NCBI GenBank assembly: GCA_964644135.1
Contig: CAZXWD010000005.1
Location: 4,491 to 61,227, forward strand
Source: an uncultured Bacteroidales bacterium
GTDB lineage: Bacteria > Bacteroidota > Bacteroidia > Bacteroidales > JAGOPY01
Length of the DNA stretch: 56,737 nucleotides
Direction of reading: 5' to 3'
In this document: piece after piece, positions 9,931-19,537 of the stretch
How the letters are laid out: every line of letters starts with the position of its first letter
Numbering within the stretch: the stretch's first letter is position 1
The notes under the pieces: model-generated
Databases searched by the model: none
Told to the model about the DNA's origin: nothing
The model's input: the letters and a program-made list of their open reading frames with translations, nothing else
Program-made: the position numbers and the translations under genes

Positions 9931-10953
9931 TTGCTTCATAATCAAATAGAAAAAATAGAAAAGTGGTTGCATCCGGAAGCCAGGATACTCATTACCAGTC
10001 ATCATAATCCCGATGGGGATGCGATAGGTTCCCTGCTTGCTATGTACCACTCAATAAAAAAGGAAGGGTACCTGGTGACTTGTGTTGTCCCAAACCGGAT
10101 GCCTGAATTCCTCAGGTGGATGCCCGGGGCAACCGATATACTGATCTTCAACGAAAACAGGGATGCCAGGCTTTTCACTGAAGCCGATATTATCTATTGT
10201 CTCGATTATAATTCACCCTCGCGAGTGGTTGCGATGGAAGGGGCCCTGAAGAGCTCTGAAGCTAAAAAGATACTTATCGACCACCATCCCGACCCGGAAA
10301 AGGAATTTTTCGATTCGGTATATTCCACCGTTGAGATAAGTTCCACTGCAGAACTGATTTACAACTATATAATTGCATGGAAAGGTGATAAGGAGATCAC
10401 TCAGGACATAGCTGCCTGCCTTTATGTCGGGATCATGACCGATACCGGGTCCTTTAGCTTTAACTGCAGTTATGCCTCCACATTCGCTGCTACCGCGAAG
10501 TTATTGGAAACAGGCATCGACGGCGAAGCAATTCACAATCTCGTGTACAATAATTATTCTGAGTCGAGGCTCAGGTTACTGGGATATTGCCTTTCGGAAA
10601 AAATGACGGTATTGGAAGAGTATTCACTGGCTTATATTTCTCTCACAAAGACGGAACTGGAGCGTTTCGGATATGTGCCGGGCGATACGGAGGGTATCGT
10701 AAACTATCCCCTTTCAATCAAAGATGTTAAGATTTCGGTATTGCTGACCGAGAGAAAAGACCGAATCAGGTTGTCGTTCAGGTCGAAAGGGAATTTCCCC
10801 GTTAACAGGATTGCCCGGGAAGATTTTGAGGGTGGGGGACATATGAATGCCGCCGGCGGAGATTCTTTTGTGAGCATGGATGAAACCATTCTCAAGCTGC
10901 TGGATATAATGCCTAAATATAAGGAATTGATACTCGCGGGGGACAATGAATAG
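9931..10953 (+). CDS. nrnA: DHH/DHHA1 phosphoesterase (NrnA-like oligoribonuclease/pAp phosphatase)
   Basis: HHNPDGDAIGS, IDHH, DTGSF, GGGHMNAAG. Confidence 0.9.
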   Translation: MLHNQIEKIEKWLHPEARILITSHHNPDGDAIGSLLAMYHSIKKEGYLVTCVVPNRMPEFLRWMPGATDILIFNENRDARLFTEADIIYCLDYNSPSRVVAMEGALKSSEAKKILIDHHPDPEKEFFDSVYSTVEISSTAELIYNYIIAWKGDKEITQDIAACLYVGIMTDTGSFSFNCSYASTFAATAKLLETGIDGEAIHNLVYNNYSESRLRLLGYCLSEKMTVLEEYSLAYISLTKTELERFGYVPGDTEGIVNYPLSIKDVKISVLLTERKDRIRLSFRSKGNFPVNRIAREDFEGGGHMNAAGGDSFVSMDETILKLLDIMPKYKELILAGDNE

Positions 10954-11521
10954 AAGGATACCTGATAGTAATTATAAGCATGTTGGATTAGCTGCACTGG
11001 CCGGGTTTCTGGTATGGATGTTTTTGTCCTCAGGGCTGGTTTCCTGTCGTAATGAGGCGGTTAGAAACAAAGAAAAGATCGATGGCAAGGAACTTGACCG
11101 GTCGTTGATTGAAGCCAATAAAAAGGCTGTTGAAACCGAGGATCAGCAAATAGAAGACCTTTTAAGCCGCTATAACTGGGATATGGAAACTACAGGGACT
11201 GGATTGCGGTATGTTATTGATGATCCGGGCGAAGGGCCTAAGATTAAAGATGGAGATAAAGTGACAATTAACTACGAGACCAGGCTCATTACGGGAGATG
11301 TAGTATATTCGTCGGATGAAGACGGACCCCTGACCTTCGTTGTGGGTAAAAGTGACGTGATTGCCGGCGTACAGGAAGGTGTAAGGATGTTGGGAAAAGG
11401 GGGCAAGGCAAGGCTCGTAATCCCATCCCACCTTGGATATGGTCTTATCGGTGATCAGGACAAGATAAGGCAAAAAGCCACATTGATATACGAAATTGAA
11501 GTTTTAAATTATACTAATTAA
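10946..11521 (+). CDS. FKBP-type PPIase lipoprotein, GldI-like
   Basis: Lipobox LVSC; TGTGLRY...IPSHLGYG..GD FKBP domain; lies between a DHH gene and a second PPIase. Confidence 0.75.
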   Translation: MNRRIPDSNYKHVGLAALAGFLVWMFLSSGLVSCRNEAVRNKEKIDGKELDRSLIEANKKAVETEDQQIEDLLSRYNWDMETTGTGLRYVIDDPGEGPKIKDGDKVTINYETRLITGDVVYSSDEDGPLTFVVGKSDVIAGVQEGVRMLGKGGKARLVIPSHLGYGLIGDQDKIRQKATLIYEIEVLNYTN

Positions 11522-11544
11522 TTGAAAATCTTATTTTTTTTATT

Positions 11545-12909
11545 ATGAAGAAATTCAAAAACCTATTTATTTATTCATTTCTTTCGGTAACCATATTCTT
11601 ATTTTTCGGTTGTGAACCGTCGAAACATCCGGGTTTCAAGAAAACCGGCACAGGGCTGTATTATAAGATACATACCCCTGAAAACAATGATACTAACAAT
11701 GTTGAAGTTGGAAAGGTCATCACTCTTGACATGAAGTACAAGATTGGGGATTCGTTGCTTTACAACAGCGATCAAATGCCTACTCCCGTTATGTTCCCTG
11801 TAATGGAACCTCAGTTTGAAGGCGACATATATGAAGGTTTTCTGATGCTCGTTAAAGGCGATAGCGCCACCCTCATAGTGGATGCGGAAGATTTCTTCGT
11901 GAAGACTGCAAATCAGCCGCAGGCACCCGAATTTATATCAGAGGGCGATGAGATGATCTTCGAGATCAAGATACGTGACGTACAGTCTGAAGAAGAAGTA
12001 CAGGCGGCAGAAAGGGAGCGCCTTATGAAACGCCAGCAGGAAGAAAGGGAATTGATAGTGAATTATGTACATGATAATGAAATAACCGTAACGCCCACGG
12101 AATCTGGCATCTACTATATTGAGATAAAACAGGGAAGAGGTAAAACGCCTGAAGAGGAGCAATGGGTTTCAGTTCATTATACAGTGCACACCCTGGAAGG
12201 GCAGAGGCTTTTCTCCACCCGCGACAAAGGTGAGCCGATAGATTTTCAGATCGGGAAAAGGTTTGAGAATGAAGGGTTCCAGGAAGTTGTCGGGTTGATG
12301 CGTGAAGGGGGCGTTTCAGAGGCGCTGGTCCCCAGCAGCATGGCTTTTGGTGCACAGGGTGCCGGTCAGGTAATCCAGCCATTCACGCCTTTGTACTATG
12401 AAATTGAGCTGGTTGATATCATGACCATAGATGAATGGGACAGAAAACAAGCCGATAAAAAAGCAAAACAATTTGCTGAAGAGCTTGAAAGGAAGGAAGA
12501 AGAAAAAGCTATAATCAGTGAGTACATTAAGGATAACAACATTGTACCAACTGCTCAGACAGAAGAAGGACTGATCTATGTTGAAGAAGTAAAAGGCGAC
12601 GGCCCCAAACCGGAAAGAGGCGACAAAGTAAAAGTCCACTATACAGGCATGACACTCGACGGGGAAGTGTTTGATTCATCAGTTGAGCGCGGAAAGCCTT
12701 TCGAATTCAATGTTGGCCGCAACATGGTCATTCAGGGATGGGACAAAGGTATTCCTTTGATGAATGTCGGAAGCAAGGGCAAGCTAATCATCCCGTTTGA
12801 TATGGCTTATGGTGTGCGTGGTGCACCGGGGAGCATTGAGCCCTATTCAACCCTTGTTTTTGAAGTGGAACTGCTTGAGATAGTGGAAGAAGCAGAAAAC
12901 CAGGAATAA
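11545..12909 (+). CDS. Multi-domain FKBP-type PPIase lipoprotein
   Basis: Lipobox FFGC; three FKBP-like repeats, the last canonical (VHYTG..FDSS..GWDKG..AYG). Confidence 0.88.
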   Translation: MKKFKNLFIYSFLSVTIFLFFGCEPSKHPGFKKTGTGLYYKIHTPENNDTNNVEVGKVITLDMKYKIGDSLLYNSDQMPTPVMFPVMEPQFEGDIYEGFLMLVKGDSATLIVDAEDFFVKTANQPQAPEFISEGDEMIFEIKIRDVQSEEEVQAAERERLMKRQQEERELIVNYVHDNEITVTPTESGIYYIEIKQGRGKTPEEEQWVSVHYTVHTLEGQRLFSTRDKGEPIDFQIGKRFENEGFQEVVGLMREGGVSEALVPSSMAFGAQGAGQVIQPFTPLYYEIELVDIMTIDEWDRKQADKKAKQFAEELERKEEEKAIISEYIKDNNIVPTAQTEEGLIYVEEVKGDGPKPERGDKVKVHYTGMTLDGEVFDSSVERGKPFEFNVGRNMVIQGWDKGIPLMNVGSKGKLIIPFDMAYGVRGAPGSIEPYSTLVFEVELLEIVEEAENQE

Positions 12910-13743
12910 TTACCTGGAAACTATAAACCAGGGATTCAAAAGATTTTCTTTATTGTACCTGAGAGGCCGGCCTGTGCCGGCCTCTTTTATCTCTGCACCT
13001 GAAAATTCAGCAACTGCATGGCCTGCTGCAGTGTCCCACTCCATCGTAGGGGCAAATCGTGGATAAATATCTGCTGATCCTTCCGCTACAATGCAAAGCT
13101 TGATAGAGCTTCCTTTGGAGGCAAATTCAAGGTCCGGGTGCTCTTTTTTTATTTCATCAACAAACTCTTGCGTTTCAGGCGACATATGCGAACGGCTGCA
13201 TACAACTGTGTAAGGCCTTTCACTTGTGGTACTTAGTGGCAAAGAACGGCCCTCCGGCAGGTCAGGCAGTAAAAAGCTGCCATCCTCATTTCTGACCACC
13301 TGTGTTTTCCTGGATCTCCAGCCCAATCCCCCGTAATACATATCGCCCGAAACCGGAATGAAAACAACTCCCAACACCGGATTTCCGTCTTTAATAAGAG
13401 CTATGTTGACTGTGAACTCACCGTTCTTTTTGATGAATTCCTTGGTCCCATCAAGGGGGTCCACAAGCCAGAACAAAGGCCATTTTGAACGGTCGGAGTA
13501 AGGGATTTCCTTACCTTCCTCACTTACGACAGGGATATCATAGGGATTGAGGATGGATACGATCATCCTGTGTGCATTCTTGTCAGCCAGTGTCAGAGGG
13601 GACTTGTCGTCTTTTAGCTCAACATCGATTGTTGTCTTGTAAACTTCAAGGATTTCTTCCCCTGCCTTTAGCGCAGCTTTTACCGCCAGTTTCAGCAATT
13701 GATCTATACTAGCTCGATTTTCAGTTGTAAAGGTGTTCGTCAT
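12910..13743 (-). CDS. cysQ: 3'(2'),5'-bisphosphate nucleotidase CysQ
   Basis: [39 protein letters not shown]. Confidence 0.95.
   Translation of the reverse strand: MTNTFTTENRASIDQLLKLAVKAALKAGEEILEVYKTTIDVELKDDKSPLTLADKNAHRMIVSILNPYDIPVVSEEGKEIPYSDRSKWPLFWLVDPLDGTKEFIKKNGEFTVNIALIKDGNPVLGVVFIPVSGDMYYGGLGWRSRKTQVVRNEDGSFLLPDLPEGRSLPLSTTSERPYTVVCSRSHMSPETQEFVDEIKKEHPDLEFASKGSSIKLCIVAEGSADIYPRFAPTMEWDTAAGHAVAEFSGAEIKEAGTGRPLRYNKENLLNPWFIVSR
12962..12990 (+). terminator. Intrinsic terminator for the FKBP operon, embedded antisense within cysQ
   Basis: AGAGGCCGGC-CTGT-GCCGGCCTCT-TTTAT, a perfect 10-bp stem 52 nt after the FKBP stop. Confidence 0.7.
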
Positions 13744-15764
13744 TTTTTCTCTTTTAAAACATCTTCCAGGGCAAACATTTCGTCCCTCAACTTTGCCGCC
13801 CGGATGAAATCCAGCTCTTTCACGGCTGCTTCAATGTCCTTTCTTATCCTGTTAATGGCCTTTTTGACCTGATCACTGTCCATGTATGATATTACCGGAT
13901 CAGCAGCGGCGCTGGGCTCGTCCTTTTCAACATAAGCCTTTGGTTCTTTCCTTTTTGCATCGGCCACGGCAGTTTGTCCCAGAATGGCCTCCACCGATTT
14001 CCTGATCTGGGTAGGGGTGATGTTATGCTCTGCGTTATAGGCCAGTTGCTTTTCTCTTCGCCTGTTGGTTTCATCGATGGTGCGCCGCATCGATTTGGTG
14101 ATGGTATCGGCATACATGATTACCAGGCTGTTAAGGTTCCTGGCCGCCCTTCCAGCCGTCTGGGTGAGGGATCTTTCTGATCTCAAAAATCCTTCCTTAT
14201 CGGCATCCATGATCGCTACCAGTGATACTTCGGGTAGGTCGAGGCCTTCCCTGAGCAGGTTCACCCCCACAAGTACATCAAATTTACCGGTCCTCAGGTC
14301 CCTCATGATCTCGACCCTGTCGAGGGTATCCACTTCAGAATGGATATAACGGCATTTAATGTTCACCCGCTGGAGGTATTTGGTCAGCTCTTCTGCCATC
14401 CGCTTGGTAAGCGTGGTAACAAGCACGCGCTCTCCTTTGCCGGTGCGCTCGTCGATCTCCTCCAGGAGATCATCTATCTGGTTCTGGCTAGGCCTTACTT
14501 CTATAACCGGGTCAAGCAAGCCTGTAGGCCTGATAAGCTGTTCAACAACAATGCCTTCCGACTGTTCGAGTTCGTATTCGGCGGGTGTGGCACTCACGTA
14601 GATAACCTGGCTGGTAAGCGCCTCAAACTCATCAAATTTAAGAGGCCTGTTATCAAGGGCCGAAGGCAGCCTGAAACCGTATTCCACCAGGGTTTGTTTC
14701 CGTGACCTGTCACCTCCGTACATAGCCCTGATCTGGGGAACGGTTACGTGGCTCTCATCAATAATGGTTAAATAATCATCCGGGAAATAATCAAGAAGAC
14801 AGAAAGGCCTTGAGCCGGGCTTGCGGCCGTCAAAATAACGGGAATAGTTTTCTATCCCTGAACAGAAACCCAGCTCACGCATCATTTCAATATCATAGGT
14901 CACCCTGTCTTCAAGCCTCTTGGCTTCAAGATATTTACCAATTTCTTTGAAATAATCCGCCTGGCTGAATAAATCCTGCTGGATATCACCAATGGCCGAT
15001 TTCATTTTATCCCTCGAAGTGATGAAAATGTTGGCAGGGAATATATTGATACTGTTGAACGATTCAAGTGTTTTGCCGTTTATGGGGTTAAAAGTCTCTA
15101 TCTCCTCGATCTCATCTCCAAAAAAGGATATCCTGTAACAGAAATCGGCGTATGCCGGGAAAATATCGACCGTATCACCCCTAACACGGAACCTTCCATG
15201 TATGAACTCGGTTTCGGTCCTTGAATAGAGGCTCGACACAAGCTGGTGAAGGAACTGGTTACGGCTTATTATGTCACCGGTTTTGATCCGTATCACATTG
15301 TTGTTGAAGTCATCAGGGTTCCCTATGCCATAGATACAGGAAACTGATGAAACCACTATGACGTCCCTTCTTCCTGATAGCAGGGCTGAGCTGGCGCTGA
15401 GCCTCAGCTTTTCGATCTCTTCATTGATGGAGAGGTCTTTTTCAATATAGGTATTGGTTACCGGGATATAAGCTTCGGGCTGGTAATAATCATAGTAGGA
15501 AACAAAGTACTCAACCGCATTGTCAGGAAAAAACTGCCTGAACTCCCCGTAAAGCTGCGCTGCCAGGGTTTTGTTGTGGCTTAGGACCAGCGTCGGCCTG
15601 TTGAGCTCCTCAAGCACATTGGCTACAGTAAAGGTTTTTCCCGAACCGGTAACTCCGAGAAGTACCTGTGCCCGGTCGCCTCGGGTGAGGCCTTCAACCA
15701 GTTGCCTTATAGCTTCAGGCTGGTCACCGGTGGGTTTGTATTCTGAAGTAAGTTTGAAATCCAT
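13740..15764 (-). CDS. uvrB: Excinuclease ABC subunit B
   Basis: [45 protein letters not shown]-terminal UVR domain. Confidence 0.99.
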   Translation of the reverse strand: MDFKLTSEYKPTGDQPEAIRQLVEGLTRGDRAQVLLGVTGSGKTFTVANVLEELNRPTLVLSHNKTLAAQLYGEFRQFFPDNAVEYFVSYYDYYQPEAYIPVTNTYIEKDLSINEEIEKLRLSASSALLSGRRDVIVVSSVSCIYGIGNPDDFNNNVIRIKTGDIISRNQFLHQLVSSLYSRTETEFIHGRFRVRGDTVDIFPAYADFCYRISFFGDEIEEIETFNPINGKTLESFNSINIFPANIFITSRDKMKSAIGDIQQDLFSQADYFKEIGKYLEAKRLEDRVTYDIEMMRELGFCSGIENYSRYFDGRKPGSRPFCLLDYFPDDYLTIIDESHVTVPQIRAMYGGDRSRKQTLVEYGFRLPSALDNRPLKFDEFEALTSQVIYVSATPAEYELEQSEGIVVEQLIRPTGLLDPVIEVRPSQNQIDDLLEEIDERTGKGERVLVTTLTKRMAEELTKYLQRVNIKCRYIHSEVDTLDRVEIMRDLRTGKFDVLVGVNLLREGLDLPEVSLVAIMDADKEGFLRSERSLTQTAGRAARNLNSLVIMYADTITKSMRRTIDETNRRREKQLAYNAEHNITPTQIRKSVEAILGQTAVADAKRKEPKAYVEKDEPSAAADPVISYMDSDQVKKAINRIRKDIEAAVKELDFIRAAKLRDEMFALEDVLKEKK

Positions 15765-15783
15765 CAGTACCGTCCTTCAGTGG

Positions 15784-15791
15784 CAAAAATA
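15784..15791 (-). promoter_or_regulatory. sigmaA -7 element (TATTTTTG) for uvrB
   Basis: Exact TAnnTTTG 20 nt before ATG. Confidence 0.55.
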
Positions 15792-15805
15792 ATGAACTAA
15801 GTCGA

Positions 15806-16558
15806 TCAAACGACGAAAGGAATAATTGCTTTGCGTTCATCCGGGTAATCGTCGAACTTTTCCTGGTACCATTGATGGTGGTTTATAGCCCTTGGAATAA
15901 GGTTTGCCATAGTCCAGACCATGAAAGAAAAGGCCGGAAGCGACCATGCCATAATGGCAAAACCGGTCCACTCGATGATCTCGCCAAAGAAGTTAGGACA
16001 TGAGATATAGTTGAAAAGGCCCCCTTTGGGTATGTAGTAGCCCGTGTCTCCTTTCTTTCTCAGGTTGATAAGCTTATTGTCGGCATATTGATTTATAGTG
16101 AATCCGGTAATAAAAATGATGATGCCGGGGATGAAATGGAGCAGGGATATCTGTTCATAGGGTTCTGCAAACCATCCCAGCCAGTAACCATTTATAGACC
16201 CGTTAACAAGGTTGAAAAACACCGCCGATAAGGCAATTATCAGGGGCATTTTCTTGTTCTTTGTCCTGGTCCGGAAAGGAAATATGAATATCCTGTTCAC
16301 ATAGTGCAACGTGAACACCGAAAATATGATCCATTTATAAATGTCCTTTTCCAGGGGGCCCGTAAGGTAAAAATAGACGAAAAGAGCCAGGGTCGGGAAT
16401 TCCATGATGAACCAGCCAAGCTTGTTGTCTATCATGGGGCCCCAGCCTTTGGTGGTGTGTCTTCCGTAGGGTGTCCTGATCTTTAAAAGAAAAGGAAAGG
16501 TCACCAGCGCCACTCCAATCCAGATGAGAACCAGTATGGTAAAAAGGTTTTCCGACAT
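15806..16558 (-). CDS. 3-oxo-5-alpha-steroid 4-dehydrogenase (steroid 5-alpha-reductase, SRD5A family)
   Basis: PYGRH, GWFIMEFP, HYVNR, YYIPKGGLFNYISCPNFFGEIIEW, RAINHHQWY..KF..YP..RKAIIPF match SRD5A motifs. Confidence 0.85.
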   Translation of the reverse strand: MSENLFTILVLIWIGVALVTFPFLLKIRTPYGRHTTKGWGPMIDNKLGWFIMEFPTLALFVYFYLTGPLEKDIYKWIIFSVFTLHYVNRIFIFPFRTRTKNKKMPLIIALSAVFFNLVNGSINGYWLGWFAEPYEQISLLHFIPGIIIFITGFTINQYADNKLINLRKKGDTGYYIPKGGLFNYISCPNFFGEIIEWTGFAIMAWSLPAFSFMVWTMANLIPRAINHHQWYQEKFDDYPDERKAIIPFVV

Positions 16559-16561
16559 GCT

Positions 16562-17542
16562 TCAACGAATATAGTTTTCCTTTTTGAAAAATTCCATAGT
16601 GTCCTTAAGGGTGTCTTCTATGGGCCTTGAACTGTATCCAAGGTCTTTCATTGCCTTATCACCGATGATCTTTCTGCTCCCTGTCCTGATGATATCAAGG
16701 GAAGCGCTTGTGTATAGCGGGTGCTGATCAAGCATTGAATAGTAGGCCCCGATAAAGGGAACACCGATCCGTGCCAGCCAGAAAGGTATGGTAAGGGTAG
16801 GGGTGGGCCTTTGGACGATTTGAGAAAGTGTTGCTGAAAGTTCACTTAGGCTGAGCCAATGGCCCGGAAGAAGATAACCCTCACCGCTCTTCCCCTTTTC
16901 CATCGCATTTATGGCACCACGGCACACATCCCTGACATCTACCCAGTTATATCCTCCGGGCACAAGGGCAGGGATCTGCCTGTTGTAAAGCCTGATCAGC
17001 AACTGGCCAACGAGACTGGGCTTGTAATCATTAGGTCCGATAATTGATGTTGGGTTGATCACTACGGCATCTATCCGGTTTTTGGCTGCTTCCCTTATCA
17101 GCTTTTCGGCCGACGATTTGGTACGCTCATAGGGCAGGGGATTGGTAGTTGCCAGTGGCCGTGTTTCATCCATCGGTTCATCAACCGGGGAATTTACAAG
17201 CGCATGTATGGAACTGAAATGGACCAGTCTTTTTACAGAGCTGTCCTTCAACGATTTGATGATGTTCCGGGTACCTTCAACATTGACTTTCTCAAGGTGT
17301 TTGTTTGTGCTTCCTTTGATTGAAATTATGGCTGCAAGATGAAAGGCAATATCAGCACCTTCGAATAGCTCATCTAATGCAGGTCTGTCCAGTATATCCC
17401 CTCTGACCATTTCAAGATCAAGGTCCTTTATGCCTCTGTCATCTTTATATACAAGAGCTTTAACCCTGTGCCCTTCCCGGAGGAGCATTCTGCAAAGGTT
17501 GGAGCCCACGTGACCGTTTGCACCAGTTACTGCTATTACCAT
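16562..17542 (-). CDS. Extended SDR NAD-dependent epimerase/dehydratase (3-beta-HSD/HpnA/DFR-like)
   Basis: VTGANGHVG, HLAA, NVEGT, HFSS, YERTK, NPTSIIGP; start moved to ATG 17542 (track TTG 17563). Confidence 0.85.
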   Translation of the reverse strand: MVIAVTGANGHVGSNLCRMLLREGHRVKALVYKDDRGIKDLDLEMVRGDILDRPALDELFEGADIAFHLAAIISIKGSTNKHLEKVNVEGTRNIIKSLKDSSVKRLVHFSSIHALVNSPVDEPMDETRPLATTNPLPYERTKSSAEKLIREAAKNRIDAVVINPTSIIGPNDYKPSLVGQLLIRLYNRQIPALVPGGYNWVDVRDVCRGAINAMEKGKSGEGYLLPGHWLSLSELSATLSQIVQRPTPTLTIPFWLARIGVPFIGAYYSMLDQHPLYTSASLDIIRTGSRKIIGDKAMKDLGYSSRPIEDTLKDTMEFFKKENYIR

Positions 17543-18270
17543 TTTGTTCAAATAAGGGCGCAAAATACAAAAAGCGGCTCAATGACGGGCCCCTGATCTG
17601 GTTTGAATTTGAACAATTTAATTTCTGATGTGGGAAAGTCATTGCTTTTCGCCTAAAAAGAAAAACAGAAGGGGAGAAGACCCTGTCGACAAGGAAAAGA
17701 AAGATCCGTGAAACTATATCATAATATCTTATGATGAAATCGCCGTACAGGTTCATTGTATTTTTTCCCGAACTGAAATTTTCTCTGGCCGGCACGGGCT
17801 GTCTGCCCGCATAGGATGGATCGTCAAGGTCCTGGAAGAGGATATCATCCGATTCAAGCTGTATAATTAGCCATCTGTAAACTTTTTTAAGAATACCGGG
17901 AAGTTTCTGAACAGGATGATCTGCTGAAACCTTGCCCATTTCCCATTCAACAGTATCTGACACATAATAATGATCAGTACTGTTAACAGGAATAGCTTCT
18001 ACTGAAGGCCCATCGCCTGAAAAGAATACAAATAACCATTCATCAACCACTCCGGAAATATTCTGGAATAATGATAAAGCACGTCCCTTAAAAGAATGTA
18101 AGGCTGTCCTTAATTTATTTGATGAATATTGGATCACTTTATAACCAGCTTTGACTTATGGAAAATAGTTTATCAAGGACAAATGTATTGTTATATAGTG
18201 CTGATAAAAAGTGTTTTAAGTGATAAAATATAACCTTAAAGAATAAGTTAAGCTTGTTGAAATTTAAAAA

Positions 18271-18358
18271 CTTAATTTAACTTAAGCTACTTAATTAAAG
18301 CTTAATTATAGCTTAAATATTTTTGTATTAGCTTAATTATTATCTTATATTTGCTTAA
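18271..18358 (+). promoter_or_regulatory. Phased CTTAA repeat array overlapping a full sigmaA promoter (-33 TTTG 18322-18325; -7 TATATTTG 18346-18353)
   Basis: CTTAA starts at 18271, 18281, 18290, 18301, 18312, 18332, 18354; the promoter elements are 20 nt apart. Confidence 0.65.
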
Positions 18359-18362
18359 TATC

Positions 18363-19511
18363 ATGGTAAATCTCTCTTTCATAGAGCCTCTCAATGAATA
18401 CCTTACAAGGAATGCTGTATCTATGGTTCCCTCGGCCAGCAGGTTAGTCAGCGTTCTCAGGGAAGAAGGGGAGTACCTGTTTTTTGAGCTTATTCCCGGA
18501 GATGAAGGGACTGAGATGGAAATCGCGGAGAAGCCCTATATATATGACATGATGAACAAGCTCAGGGAAAAGAATATGCCTTATGAATGGATGAATCCTG
18601 AGGATATTCCGTTTGAACGTGAAAATAGCACTGACAAAGAGAGGGATTTGTTCAGTGAGAAGGAAAATACTGTGCTGCTGATCCGTCATCCTGTTCCGGG
18701 TGTCGACCAGGCAGGCCTGCTATTCATATATTTCAGGAAGAATCTCAGTAATTTCGGGATCAGCCTTGCCGACAAGCCGCTTTCCACTGAGCACAAAGCG
18801 GTTTCAGGATACCTGATATCCAATGCCATTCGCAATTCTGTTGCATCATACGGAAAAGATCTTTCTACCTACAGAGAGCTCAATGAGAATATTAAGATGC
18901 TTATCAGGACCAATGAAACAAATGTCAGGGAACTTGAAAAGATCAGGGAGAATTATGGCGAAAGTCTTTTATCCTTTTGCAAGGTCCATTTGCAGGAACT
19001 ATCAGAAAAGCACAGGAGAAATTTTGTTTTATCGGATGATGCCATCAGAAGGATAAGGTCTTTTTCAGGAAATCTCTCGTTGTTAAAGCTGGTTCTTGAT
19101 GATGCAGCTTCATTTGTCAGCCAGGTTTATTATGATGATCCGGAGATTGACCTGGCTATACATGAATGGGAGCTGAATTTCGATAAATTCATGACTGTGG
19201 AAGCAGCCACACCTGAAACTCACCGTATTGACAACAGGGAATCGCGGGCAATGCAATTATTAGACAAGCTTGACAAGGCTGCACAGGAAGTGATCAGGAA
19301 CCGCCTCCCATTAACAAGCACAAACGTAGGTCAGCACTGTCCATCCCCCATCACTGCCCCGGCAATTACAGATGCTTTGAAAAAAAACCGGAAGCGTATC
19401 CTTCAGTTATTAAAGAAATATCCCGAAAAATGGAAGACCATCAGGTTTCAGTTCAGGCCTCTTAAGAATATCCAGGAGAAAGAACAGGGAAGTGATAACC
19501 TTGCCATTTAG
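18363..19511 (+). CDS. Hypothetical protein, putative DNA-binding regulator
   Basis: Long clean ORF with its own promoter; ATG 18363 (track TTG 18351); basic helical C-terminus. Confidence 0.8.
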   Translation: MVNLSFIEPLNEYLTRNAVSMVPSASRLVSVLREEGEYLFFELIPGDEGTEMEIAEKPYIYDMMNKLREKNMPYEWMNPEDIPFERENSTDKERDLFSEKENTVLLIRHPVPGVDQAGLLFIYFRKNLSNFGISLADKPLSTEHKAVSGYLISNAIRNSVASYGKDLSTYRELNENIKMLIRTNETNVRELEKIRENYGESLLSFCKVHLQELSEKHRRNFVLSDDAIRRIRSFSGNLSLLKLVLDDAASFVSQVYYDDPEIDLAIHEWELNFDKFMTVEAATPETHRIDNRESRAMQLLDKLDKAAQEVIRNRLPLTSTNVGQHCPSPITAPAITDALKKNRKRILQLLKKYPEKWKTIRFQFRPLKNIQEKEQGSDNLAI

Positions 19512-19537
19512 AAGCTGCATTAGCAACCATACAATCA

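Noticed and set aside
17628-17870. + strand 27-codon ORF ending in TGA followed by an open frame (possible selenocysteine readthrough)
   Set aside because: No SECIS-like hairpin or redox motif recognised; product has no homology that I can see.
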